Shown piece by piece: positions 34,568-42,635 of a stretch of 42,811 nucleotides of DNA; the first letter of the stretch is position 1; each line of letters starts with the position of its first letter. The notes beneath the pieces were generated by a model. It searched no databases and was not told the DNA's origin. It was given only the letters and a program-made list of their open reading frames with translations. Source of the DNA: a virus (taxonomy: Duplodnaviria > Heunggongvirae > Uroviricota > Caudoviricetes); IMG/VR virus record IMGVR_UViG_3300013126_000013, one strand, 5' to 3'. A program made the position numbers and the translations under genes.

Positions 34568-35266
34568 ATGGGTTTACCCAAGATTGATTTACCACTTTTT
34601 GAACTTGAAGTTCCATCAACTGGAAAGAAAGTCAAATATCGCCCGTTCACAGTAAAAGAAGAAAAGATTCTACTTATTGCACAAGAGTCAAAAGATCCTA
34701 AACAGATCTTCCTCGCGATTAAACAAATCTTAACAAACTGCTTACAAAGTACTGACGTTGAAAAATTAGCTATATTCGATTTAGAGTATATCTTACTGAA
34801 TATTCGAGCTAAGTCGGTGAACAACGAGATTTCATTTAGTATTAAAGATCCAGATACTGAAGAAAAAGTAGATCTTACTATTAACATCGACAACATCCAG
34901 ATCGTTAAGTTTCCAGATCATAATAAAATCATTAAAGTAAACGATGATATTATGATTGAAATGCGTTACCCATCTATTTCGTATTTAGAGAGCCTCAAAG
35001 ATGGTCAAAGCGAGAGCGATTCATTAAACAGTATTATGAAGGAATGTATAAATTCTATTTCCGATGGTGACCAGTCATATAAATTGGCCGATTTCAGTGA
35101 AGCAGAAGTCGAAGACTTTATTGAATCTCTTAGCTCCGTTATTGTCGCACAAATCAAAAAATTCTTCGACACAATTCCCGTCATGAAATACGAAACAACT
35201 TACACTGATAAAACTGGAAAAACCAAAACGTTTGTTGCTCAAGGTGTAGAAACTTTTTTTACCTAA
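34568..35266 (+). CDS. gp26: Baseplate hub assembly protein gp26 (tail assembly chaperone-like)
   Basis: LPKID.P.FELEVPSTGKKVKYRPFTVKEEKILLIAQES; FDLEY..L.IRAKSV; ends QGVETFFT. Confidence 0.93.
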   Translation: MGLPKIDLPLFELEVPSTGKKVKYRPFTVKEEKILLIAQESKDPKQIFLAIKQILTNCLQSTDVEKLAIFDLEYILLNIRAKSVNNEISFSIKDPDTEEKVDLTINIDNIQIVKFPDHNKIIKVNDDIMIEMRYPSISYLESLKDGQSESDSLNSIMKECINSISDGDQSYKLADFSEAEVEDFIESLSSVIVAQIKKFFDTIPVMKYETTYTDKTGKTKTFVAQGVETFFT

Positions 35267-35268
35267 CG

Positions 35269-35427
35269 TTGAGCCATACCAATCTACAAATCTACTATCA
35301 AGTAGTGTTTGGATTGGCTCAACACCATAAATACCAAATAAGTGAAATTGAAAACTTAATACCATTTGAACGAGACATTTACTATGATATGCTAATTCGC
35401 TTCATCGAATCTAAAAAGGAAAGCTAA
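35269..35427 (+). CDS. gp51: Baseplate hub assembly catalyst gp51 (52 aa, TTG start or -1 frameshift extension of gp26); not in the ORF track
   Basis: LSHTNLQIYYQVVFGLAQHHKYQISEIENLIPFERDIYYDML matches the gp51 pattern QHHKY...IEN..P.ERDIY; TAATG-coupled to the next gene. Confidence 0.85.
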   Translation: MSHTNLQIYYQVVFGLAQHHKYQISEIENLIPFERDIYYDMLIRFIESKKES

Positions 35428-37124
35428 TGGTCGCCGAGAATACTGTATCAGACTTAATCGAACGCATTAAGCTTGAAGGCCAGCTTACGCGTAACACCGG
35501 AACAAATTCAATCAAAGCTTTGATTGAAGTCTCTCGTGATGTTCGTGATAGAATGGATGCTCAATTAGATCTTATCAGCACTAACAATTCTACTATAACA
35601 GACTTCCTACAGGACGCTACTCGATCAAGACAATACGGCGGCGGCCCACAGGCAGATGAAGGTGATGGTGGCGATGATTCTGGTGACGGTGGAGGTGGAG
35701 GTGATTCAGGCGGAGATGGTCGGCCATTAATGAAGTTAGGATTGTTTTCAACTCTCGCTGCTGCAGCCATCGGTGGAACAATTGGTGTATTCAAAGGATG
35801 GATCGACGCGATTAAATTTTTCACTCCAGCAAAAATTCTTGACGCGTTACAGAGTGTGAGCTCATCAATTACGAAAGCACTAACTGGCTTTGCTGATATG
35901 GGTAAGAATGTAATTACCTCAGCAAAAACTGCGGTGTTTGGCGCGCTCAGCCCACTTAATCAGTTCAAAGATTTCTTTTTAAAATTGGCTGCTCCGTTTA
36001 CTCAAGCCGCAAAGACTATTGCAACCCTAGCGAACAGCGTTTTTGGTGTGACTACAAAGGTGACTGATATGTTCGCGTATTTTAAATCGTTTGGCTCCAC
36101 GATATCTAAAATAAGCGGTGTCGTTGGAAAACTGTTCTTACCACTAACGATTGTTATGACAGCCATTGATACTGTTAAAGGCATTATTGCTGGATATACA
36201 GAAGGTGGAATCGTCGGAGCTCTTGAAGGTGCGATCACCGGATTCTTTAACTCTCTTATCTTTGGCCCGCTTGATCTATTAAAAGACCTAGCTTCTTGGG
36301 CATTAAGTAAGCTTGGATTCGAGAACGCAGCAGAAACTCTAGACTCATTTAGTTTTAGCGAATTGTTCTCACGGTTCGTCAGTGGTATATTCGATCTAGG
36401 CAGTGGAATTATAAGTTCACTTGTTGGATCGTTTGATAACATTTATTCCGAATTTGCTTCCGGCGATATCATGGGTGGTATCGGGACATATTTCACCGAA
36501 GCGTTCACTACTCTCGTGACAAAGCCTCTTGACTTAGTAAAAGACTTGGTGTCATGGGCTGCAGATTTATTTGGATTCGAGAATGCTTCAGATTGGCTCG
36601 ACAGCTTTAGTATTACTGAGTTATTCTATTCTGTTGTTGACTGGATTTCTGCAATTCCTGGTAAGCTTGTTGACGCATTCGAAGATTTTTGGATCAACAC
36701 GATGGAAAATTTCAAGATAGGCTTCATTAACTTTTCAAACTGGGTAGCATCGATTCCAGATAGAATCTACTTAAGCGCTTTAGAGTATCTAAACAATACT
36801 GATATTGGAGACTATCTTGTTAGTGATGATGCTGTTGCAAGAGCTCGAGCAGCTGTTCAGTCAAGACAAAACGACGGTGCAAATAGAATAGCACAAGTTC
36901 AGCTTGAAGCAAGAGATCAACGTGCGCAATTAGCGGCTCAGCGTGTACAAGAGGATGCGGCTCGTGCTGGCATACCTTCAGCCGTAGCTGCTCCAGCGAT
37001 AGTAGATAATAGAACGACTGTTGGACCAACCAATAACGTAACAAATACTACGATCGTTACTACGACAAATGCTGCGAGTGCTCTCTCTTCATATAACCAG
37101 TTCCAATTGAACGGTGTTCAATAA
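35427..37124 (+). CDS. Tape-measure/baseplate hub (gp29-like) protein (565 aa)
   Basis: Follows gp26 and gp51; amphipathic helices with W/F periodicity; PLDL.KDL.SW..GFENA...LDSFS repeat 86 aa apart. Confidence 0.7.
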   Translation: MVAENTVSDLIERIKLEGQLTRNTGTNSIKALIEVSRDVRDRMDAQLDLISTNNSTITDFLQDATRSRQYGGGPQADEGDGGDDSGDGGGGGDSGGDGRPLMKLGLFSTLAAAAIGGTIGVFKGWIDAIKFFTPAKILDALQSVSSSITKALTGFADMGKNVITSAKTAVFGALSPLNQFKDFFLKLAAPFTQAAKTIATLANSVFGVTTKVTDMFAYFKSFGSTISKISGVVGKLFLPLTIVMTAIDTVKGIIAGYTEGGIVGALEGAITGFFNSLIFGPLDLLKDLASWALSKLGFENAAETLDSFSFSELFSRFVSGIFDLGSGIISSLVGSFDNIYSEFASGDIMGGIGTYFTEAFTTLVTKPLDLVKDLVSWAADLFGFENASDWLDSFSITELFYSVVDWISAIPGKLVDAFEDFWINTMENFKIGFINFSNWVASIPDRIYLSALEYLNNTDIGDYLVSDDAVARARAAVQSRQNDGANRIAQVQLEARDQRAQLAAQRVQEDAARAGIPSAVAAPAIVDNRTTVGPTNNVTNTTIVTTTNAASALSSYNQFQLNGVQ

Positions 37125-37160
37125 AATAGCTGATATAGACCCCATATTATCCTCTTATGA

Positions 37161-37184
37161 AGAAGGAGCCCGAAGGCTCCTTCT
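37161..37184. terminator. Intrinsic terminator between the convergent tape-measure gene and gene 32
   Basis: AGAAGGAGCC-CGAA-GGCTCCTTCT, a 10-bp stem with a cUUCGg loop on the minus strand. Confidence 0.85.
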
Positions 37185-37191
37185 GTTAGAC

Positions 37192-38136
37192 TCAGTCTCC
37201 AGCCGCTAGGCTTTTGAAAAAGTCAAGAGTGTCGTCATCTTCATCGAGAGAAGGATTAAACGACGGAGATGGAGCTTCCTCCTGCTTAGGGGCTGCGCGT
37301 TCTTTGAACTTCGGAGTGAAGTCCATCTCCTTATCATCGTCCTCGGCGGCGGATTTCATGGGTGCGTGTGCACCGCCATCAAGACCCAGAACCTTATAGA
37401 GTTTCGTCTTCAGTTCTGCATAAGACTTGAAGTTTTTAGGATCGACGATCTCTTTCAGAGAATGCTGTTGCTTCCAGACCTCTTCAAGTTGTTCATCGGT
37501 AAATGACTCGCCACGAGAGTTTGTCATAGGACCGGCTTCACTGAACTCAGAGCGATCATAGTTGCGATAGCCTTCGTAGTTACGAATCTTCAGTTTGAAG
37601 TCGGCACCCTCCCACATGTCGAACGGATTGACCGGAGTCTCGCCTTCATACTGTGGGTTCATTGCTTCCTGAAGCTTCTCCATGATTTTCTTGCCAAACT
37701 TGAAAAGGAATACTTTGCCCTCATTTGAGGGATTAGCAGCATCCTTCACAACATAGATGTTGGCATGAAAGTTAGTGCGACGCTTTTGCTTGCGTGCGAT
37801 TTCTTTATCGGCTTCGTTACCAGAATTCCAGAGTTTAGAATTGTGTTCAGAGACCGGATCATCTTGACCAATCGTGGTCAACGAGTTCTCAATATACCAA
37901 CCACCAGGACCTTGGAATCCATGGTCATGCATCTTAACAAACGGAACATCCTCACCTTCTGGGGCAGGCAGGAAGCGAATAACAGCGTATCCATTCCCGG
38001 CCTTATCGACTTCGGGCTTCCAGTATTTGTCATCGTTGTTGTTTGATTGGCCGCCGACCGTCTTTTGAAGCTGCTGGTTCAGTTTGTCGAACGAAGACGA
38101 ACGGGCTTTTTTGAGAGCTGCGAATGAGCTAGACAT
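37192..38136 (-). CDS. gp32: Single-stranded DNA-binding protein gp32
   Basis: WKPEVDKAGNGYAVIRFLPAP...HGFQGPGGWYIENSLTTIG..DPV; FDMWEGADFKLKIR; acidic tail DFFKSLA. Confidence 0.97.
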   Translation of the reverse strand: MSSSFAALKKARSSSFDKLNQQLQKTVGGQSNNNDDKYWKPEVDKAGNGYAVIRFLPAPEGEDVPFVKMHDHGFQGPGGWYIENSLTTIGQDDPVSEHNSKLWNSGNEADKEIARKQKRRTNFHANIYVVKDAANPSNEGKVFLFKFGKKIMEKLQEAMNPQYEGETPVNPFDMWEGADFKLKIRNYEGYRNYDRSEFSEAGPMTNSRGESFTDEQLEEVWKQQHSLKEIVDPKNFKSYAELKTKLYKVLGLDGGAHAPMKSAAEDDDKEMDFTPKFKERAAPKQEEAPSPSFNPSLDEDDDTLDFFKSLAAGD

Positions 38137-38147
38137 GATAGTATCCT

Positions 38148-38187
38148 TTGCGATTGTAAGCGATTTTAAGCGGCTTGTTGCGATTTT
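38148..38187 (-). repeat. Four 10-nt tandem units directly upstream of the gene 32 SD; candidate translational operator
   Basis: AAAATCGCAA CAAGCCGCTT AAAATCGCTT ACAATCGCAA followed by AGGATACTATC-ATG. Confidence 0.6.
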
Positions 38188-38279
38188 GAGAATTTGTCGA
38201 CAAGTATTATTTTCATCTTCTTATCGTAGTTGATGAATGGCCTTACCTTGCCAACAAATCTATTTATACTCGGAGTCAT
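38166..38279 (-). pseudogene. Relic second copy of the gene 59 3' end
   Basis: MTPSINRFVGKVRPFINYDKK-MKIILVDKFS aligns with gp59 FPQIKRTVEKVRPFVSYDKKKMKQFLLERFA. Confidence 0.75.
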
Positions 38280-38415
38280 TACGTTTTAGCTCTTTGTACA
38301 AATTTATTTGCTGAGAACGTTGAAGGTGTTCAGCGTATTCTATTACCTTATGCATAGGTATGAGTCCATAAGAAACTGCTTGATGAGCTTTTTCTAAACA
38401 TTCATTTCAAGTCAT
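38260..38415 (-). pseudogene. Small ORF interrupted by TGA at codon 3
   Basis: ATG ACT TGA AAT GAA TGT... is open for 48 further codons (NECLEKAHQAVSYGLIPMHKVIEYAEHLQ...EYK); SD weak. Confidence 0.35.
38261..38268 (-). promoter_or_regulatory. Late promoter upstream of gene 32
   Basis: Exact TATAAATA on the minus strand ~125 nt upstream of the gp32 ATG. Confidence 0.7.
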
Positions 38416-38429
38416 GTGATCTAACCAAG

Positions 38430-38504
38430 TATAAATAGAAATGTAGTTCGCGGAATATGTGAGAGTCTTCCCAACTACTCTAGAAACAACAGGAGTTCCA
38501 GCAT
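38430..38504 (+). promoter_or_regulatory. Late promoter plus structured leader of homing endonuclease 2
   Basis: TATAAATA-5nt-GTAGTT CGC GGAA(12 nt)TTCC C AACTAC-TCTAGAAAC-AAC-AGGAGTTCCAGC-AT-ATG. Confidence 0.8.
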
Positions 38505-39170
38505 ATGACTATTTATCATACACCTTTCACCTATCTCATTGGTTGGAAAAATCACGATCTTTGGTACTATGGTGTTAGATACGCCAAAGGATGCAAACCA
38601 GAAGATCTGTGGTTAACCTATTTTACCTCATCGGCTAAGGTATGTCAACTACGAAATGAATTAGGCGAACCTGATGTTGTTGAGGTAAGAAGGGTTTTTA
38701 CCAATGCAAAGGCTGCAAAGATGTGGGAAGAAAGGGTCCTTCGCCGTTTAGACGTTCTTAATACAACGAGATGGTTAAACGCGAATATTGGTGGCACATT
38801 TAATCCGCTGCGTGGAAAAGACCATCCATCGTATGGGACTAAATGGAGTGATGAATTCAGAGCTAAAGTGATGTTAACTAGGGCGTCTAACAACTATTCA
38901 CACGGCGAATCAACCAGACTTAAGATTTCAGAGTCGTGTAGGGGTTATAACCATTCGCCTGAGGCGATTCAAAAGATCAAAACAGCTAGAAAAACCCAAG
39001 AACCTACTTTCGTCGGTAAAACACATTCAGAAGAAGCTAAGAAACGTATGTCTGCCACTAGATTAGCTAATCAGAAGATTGTTATGTGTCCACATTGCGC
39101 TAAAACTGGTGCACACAATATCATGGCGAGATGGCATTTCGACAAGTGCAAATCACGCAAACCTCTCTAG
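38505..39170 (+). CDS. Free-standing GIY-YIG-like homing endonuclease with NUMOD3-type repeats
   Basis: FTYLIGW..WYYGVRY...YFTSS...WE.RVL; HSEEAKKRMS; C-terminal CPHC..G....RWHFDKCK. Confidence 0.82.
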   Translation: MTIYHTPFTYLIGWKNHDLWYYGVRYAKGCKPEDLWLTYFTSSAKVCQLRNELGEPDVVEVRRVFTNAKAAKMWEERVLRRLDVLNTTRWLNANIGGTFNPLRGKDHPSYGTKWSDEFRAKVMLTRASNNYSHGESTRLKISESCRGYNHSPEAIQKIKTARKTQEPTFVGKTHSEEAKKRMSATRLANQKIVMCPHCAKTGAHNIMARWHFDKCKSRKPL

Positions 39171-39743
39171 TAGAAACTGCTTCATCTTTTTCTTGTCGTA
39201 AGAAACGAACGGTCTAACCTTTTCGACCGTTCGTTTGATTTGTGGAAAGATGATGGGATCAGCAATTTTCTTCTCCCAGTAAGAAAAATTATTCACAAGG
39301 TCGTCGATGATAACAAGAGTCTCCAAGTTAATTCGACGCATATTATAGAGCTGGAGAAGTCTTGGATGCTGACCATCCTTCACAAGTATGTTTGAGTTGA
39401 AGTCGTCATTCAACTCCGAGAGGTCGTTCTTGAACACGTATGACAAGCTTTCTTGTTTACGTGCCCATTCAATGCAGACCTCTTCTGCCTTCTCATTATC
39501 AAGAAGGTCTCCGACCCAAAGTGTTGGATCAAAGATCATATTAGCAAGAATGAATTCTTTTGCATCCTTGCGTTTCGAGAGTTTGTAAAATTGAAATTTG
39601 TCTTTACGATTCTCGAAAGAAAGTTGAGAGGCCTTCACCTTACCATTGTACTTAAAGTAATCATAATCAGTGGTGAAGTGCCTCTTCAGCGCGAGATAAT
39701 ACATGTAAATCTCAAAAGCATCTCGCGTTGAATATACAGACAT
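39153..39743 (-). CDS. gp59: Helicase loader gp59
   Basis: Y..YLALKRHFT.DYDYFKYNGKVKAS..SFE.RKDKFQF.KL; ISLETL-like INLETLVI; located beside gene 33. Confidence 0.92.
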   Translation of the reverse strand: MSVYSTRDAFEIYMYYLALKRHFTTDYDYFKYNGKVKASQLSFENRKDKFQFYKLSKRKDAKEFILANMIFDPTLWVGDLLDNEKAEEVCIEWARKQESLSYVFKNDLSELNDDFNSNILVKDGQHPRLLQLYNMRRINLETLVIIDDLVNNFSYWEKKIADPIIFPQIKRTVEKVRPFVSYDKKKMKQFLLERFA

Positions 39744-39967
39744 TAGATCGGTAACCTCTGTGTTCTTTCTACTAAATTAAGTTTTTCGGCGTCTTCATGT
39801 ACTCGAGCTTTGATAATCTGGCTCCGGCGTACAATGTCACCAATTACTTCGATTTCAATTCCGTGAACTTCAGCATAATGAACAAGTGCATCGATGTATG
39901 TAACATCGTCGTTCACGTATTTGCTGACTTCACGGAGAATGCTTTCCGCTGTCAGTTCTATTTGCAT
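39743..39967 (-). CDS. gp33: Late promoter transcription co-activator gp33
   Basis: TYIDALVHYAE..GIEIE.IG.I.....IKA....DAEKLN; start placed at the TAATG overlap at 39967. Confidence 0.88.
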   Translation of the reverse strand: MQIELTAESILREVSKYVNDDVTYIDALVHYAEVHGIEIEVIGDIVRRSQIIKARVHEDAEKLNLVERTQRLPI

Positions 39968-40173
39968 TATCCGTGTAGCACTTTCGTGTTGATCGCCCAA
40001 TTTTCAGCAGCGTCTTCGACGTAATGAATAGACTTTCCTGGAAAAGTCTCGGTGTAAAATTTATTACCACCGGCATCATAGTAATCAATATAGTAATAAG
40101 CGCCGGCTTCGTTCCGCATCACTTCGGCTCGAGCTGCATGGGCATTTTCTTTGAAAAAAGTTGAAATAAGCAT
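39967..40173 (-). CDS. Small hypothetical protein (68 aa)
   Basis: SD GGAGA; SIHYVEDAAENW motif as in other T4-like small ORFs; coupled to gp33. Confidence 0.7.
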   Translation of the reverse strand: MLISTFFKENAHAARAEVMRNEAGAYYYIDYYDAGGNKFYTETFPGKSIHYVEDAAENWAINTKVLHG

Positions 40174-40181
40174 GTGTTCTC

Positions 40182-40817
40182 CTATTTTACCGTAAAGCCC
40201 AATCGATAAACTGGGAGATAACCGTTTGAGTTGTCGGGGGCTTCTATATAAGTATATCCCATTTTCATGTAAATGTCAACCATTTGTTGTTCATCACTCC
40301 AGATTGGGATAAGTTCATCATAGTCTGGATCTGGAGTATCGCGAAAATGGAGCTCGATCACTTTGTCGTCGATCATTTCAATGTTGACTATTTCGACGTC
40401 AGAGAACATAAGTTCATCTTCAATGCGAAATGGCATTTGAAAATTTTCACTACAGCGAGTCCACCGTTTAAATCTAAAGAGAAGATTCACATCTCGTTCG
40501 GCTTTGTAGCAAGTCTTTTGCTCATATCCGTATAAGGAATCTGCCTCATACGTAATAGAGTATTGTTCACCATCGAACCATTCACACCAGAAATATCCAG
40601 GTTCTACACCAGTGCGATCACCAGCTTCGATCCATTGCTTTCTAGCCCCTACACTCATACCGTCAAGGTTGTATATAGGTCTTACACAGTAGTATCCAGA
40701 TACCTCTGGAGGGACACCTCCAGGCCCACAGCGATATCCCATATATTCAGCAAGGTGAAGTTTATTAAACCACGTTCTGAGATACGGATATTTTTGCCAA
40801 GCCTGGAAGTCTTCCAT
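40182..40817 (-). CDS. Hypothetical protein with ATP-grasp-like motifs (211 aa)
   Basis: VRPIYNLDGMSVGA and FWCEWFDGEQYSITY resemble the ATP-grasp KP..G.G and E.I.G.E.SV motifs; ends IELHFR..PD. Confidence 0.55.
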   Translation of the reverse strand: MEDFQAWQKYPYLRTWFNKLHLAEYMGYRCGPGGVPPEVSGYYCVRPIYNLDGMSVGARKQWIEAGDRTGVEPGYFWCEWFDGEQYSITYEADSLYGYEQKTCYKAERDVNLLFRFKRWTRCSENFQMPFRIEDELMFSDVEIVNIEMIDDKVIELHFRDTPDPDYDELIPIWSDEQQMVDIYMKMGYTYIEAPDNSNGYLPVYRLGFTVK

Positions 40818-40844
40818 CGATTACCTCAAAAGAGTTTCAAGTAT

Positions 40845-41810
40845 TTATTTGATACTCGAAACCATTTCTTGAGTTGCTGCAAGTTCTGGGTCAGGAACAA
40901 GACCGTACTGAGCAAGAGCGCCTTCAGGGCCGGCCATATCATCACTTACAAAGAATTCAACATATTCTTTAAGACCCGGAATAACACTGAGATGTGCATT
41001 CTTTACATAGAAGTAAAGTGGACGGCTGATAGGATAATCACCACTTGCAATCGTCTCCACGCTCGGGAATACACCGCTTACAGTAGTGACTTCTAGTTTA
41101 TTCGTGTTGTTCTGATAGAAGCTAAGACCAAATACACCAAGTGCCGTTTTATTTGCATCGAGGCGAGCAAGGGTTTCAGTGTAGTCACCATCGATATCAA
41201 CTGACGCGCCGTCTGTACGAACCTTAACACATGACTTCTTTTGATCATCATCTAGCTTCTCAACACCGAGTGCTTGCTTACATCCTTCTTCCATAACCTT
41301 CACATCAAACACTTCACGCGTGCCGTGCTTTGTTCCTGGAATATAAGCAATGATCTCTACTGCTGGTAGAGTAGAATCCACATCGCTCCAAAGCATTGCG
41401 GTGCTATCAGCATGCAATGCGGTATAGAGTTGAAGAACTGTTAGATCCTTAATGCCCAATTGGCCGATGTTCGACGCAAACACGATACCGTCGTAGCCAA
41501 TGCGAACCTCAGTCACTTCACCGATTACTTCTTCGCATTTAGCCCACTCTTCGTCTTTCATTTTTGATGAACTGTTTGCAATGTCAACAGTGTTTTCGCC
41601 AACTCCTTCACAGAGTTTCTTACGACCAGCGCCGGATCCACCGCCCTCTACGACTGGCGAAGGAAATTCAAAGTTTTCACCGAATGCTTCTGCTACAATT
41701 GTTGCATAAGGAAGAACTGTAGATGATCCAGTTACTTGTACGTTATCTCTTGCATATGCGGTAGATGCTACTACTAAAGCTAATGTAGTACTAATTAAAA
41801 ATGTCTTCAT
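40845..41810 (-). CDS. pstS: Phosphate ABC transporter substrate-binding protein PstS (auxiliary metabolic gene)
   Basis: Signal peptide; GSSTVLPYA, GGGSGAG, DIANSSS, RIGYDGIV, GTREVF, YPISRPLYFYVK. Confidence 0.93.
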   Translation of the reverse strand: MKTFLISTTLALVVASTAYARDNVQVTGSSTVLPYATIVAEAFGENFEFPSPVVEGGGSGAGRKKLCEGVGENTVDIANSSSKMKDEEWAKCEEVIGEVTEVRIGYDGIVFASNIGQLGIKDLTVLQLYTALHADSTAMLWSDVDSTLPAVEIIAYIPGTKHGTREVFDVKVMEEGCKQALGVEKLDDDQKKSCVKVRTDGASVDIDGDYTETLARLDANKTALGVFGLSFYQNNTNKLEVTTVSGVFPSVETIASGDYPISRPLYFYVKNAHLSVIPGLKEYVEFFVSDDMAGPEGALAQYGLVPDPELAATQEMVSSIK

Positions 41811-41858
41811 TCAATTTCTCCACGTCGAGAGGCTTGCGGATTGCTTCCTCACATGATA

Positions 41859-41892
41859 AATTTATACCATGAATGTAACAATTGGATTACAG
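41859..41892 (-). promoter_or_regulatory. Pho box plus -10 element upstream of pstS
   Basis: CTGTAAT-CCAA-TTGTTAC (41892-41875), 10-nt spacer, TAAATT (41864-41859). Confidence 0.7.
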
Positions 41893-41909
41893 CTATATTA
41901 TTGTTTTGT

Positions 41910-41936
41910 AAAAAGTGGAGCTAACCATGGCTCCAC
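41910..41936 (-). terminator. Intrinsic terminator downstream of the OMP-like gene
   Basis: GTGGAGC-CATGGTTA-GCTCCAC followed by TTTTT. Confidence 0.85.
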
Positions 41937-41973
41937 ACGGGTCTATTACGTGACCACCCGATACGAATGTAAC

Positions 41974-42363
41974 TTAGAAGCTAAGCGATACACCAACAAT
42001 GCTGTCAACGTACTCGAAGCTGCTATCGAAGTTATTCTTGATGTAGGCTTCAACGCTTGCTGTGCCAAGGTTAACATTTGGCACATAGGTTGCGCCGAGC
42101 ACAGCCCCTTCAAAGGTGGTGCTATCAAACTTGATGAAATGATCACCATTGTAGATAGCGATATCGGTCTCTGCCCAAACTGCGAGGCCTTCAATAGGTG
42201 CATAACCAAGACGCGGAGTCAAGATAGAAGTAACAACTGAAGTGTCAGTGTTGTACTCGGTGACGAGGTCGGTATTCAAAGCAAGACCATTACCAAAGTC
42301 AAGAGCTGATGCTGCAGAAGTCATAGCAACAAGAGCGGCAGTAGCCATCAAAAATTTCATCAT
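41974..42363 (-). CDS. Small secreted outer-membrane beta-barrel-like protein (129 aa)
   Basis: Signal peptide ending ASA; alternating hydrophobic strands; C-terminal GVSLSF; SD AAGGAG. Confidence 0.65.
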   Translation of the reverse strand: MMKFLMATAALVAMTSAASALDFGNGLALNTDLVTEYNTDTSVVTSILTPRLGYAPIEGLAVWAETDIAIYNGDHFIKFDSTTFEGAVLGATYVPNVNLGTASVEAYIKNNFDSSFEYVDSIVGVSLSF

Positions 42364-42374
42364 TTGTATTCTCC

Positions 42375-42635
42375 TTAGGATTTGTTTGTGGTGGAGTTAT
42401 TAACAAAAGCGTATAATGCTGAAGAGCGAGTCACCACGTCGTTCTCACTGTACGCTTTCGGTTGGTTTTCGTCGATGAATTTATTTATCGCATCGACGTT
42501 ATTGTTTGACGTTCGAAGTGCGTCAAGCTTAGCAAAAAACACATTCTGTTTCATTTGCGTCTCACGGTCAAGCATCTCTTGCGCCATCTTCATGATATCA
42601 AGACGAACTTCGTATGGTGTCTTACTTCCCTGCAT
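42375..42635 (-). CDS. Conserved T4-like hypothetical protein (KTPYEVRLDIMKMAQEML...AFV)
   Basis: Motif (S)KTPYE.RL...KMA..ML seen in T4-like small ORFs; start placed at ATG 42635. Confidence 0.65.
   Translation of the reverse strand: MQGSKTPYEVRLDIMKMAQEMLDRETQMKQNVFFAKLDALRTSNNNVDAINKFIDENQPKAYSENDVVTRSSALYAFVNNSTTNKS

Noticed and set aside
35640-35730. Gly/Asp-rich stretch in the tape-measure protein
   Set aside because: Ordinary low-complexity linker with no further structure
39968-40000. Longer N-terminus for gp33 in the ORF track
   Set aside because: Lies inside the upstream gene; the TAATG coupling at 39967 is the better start
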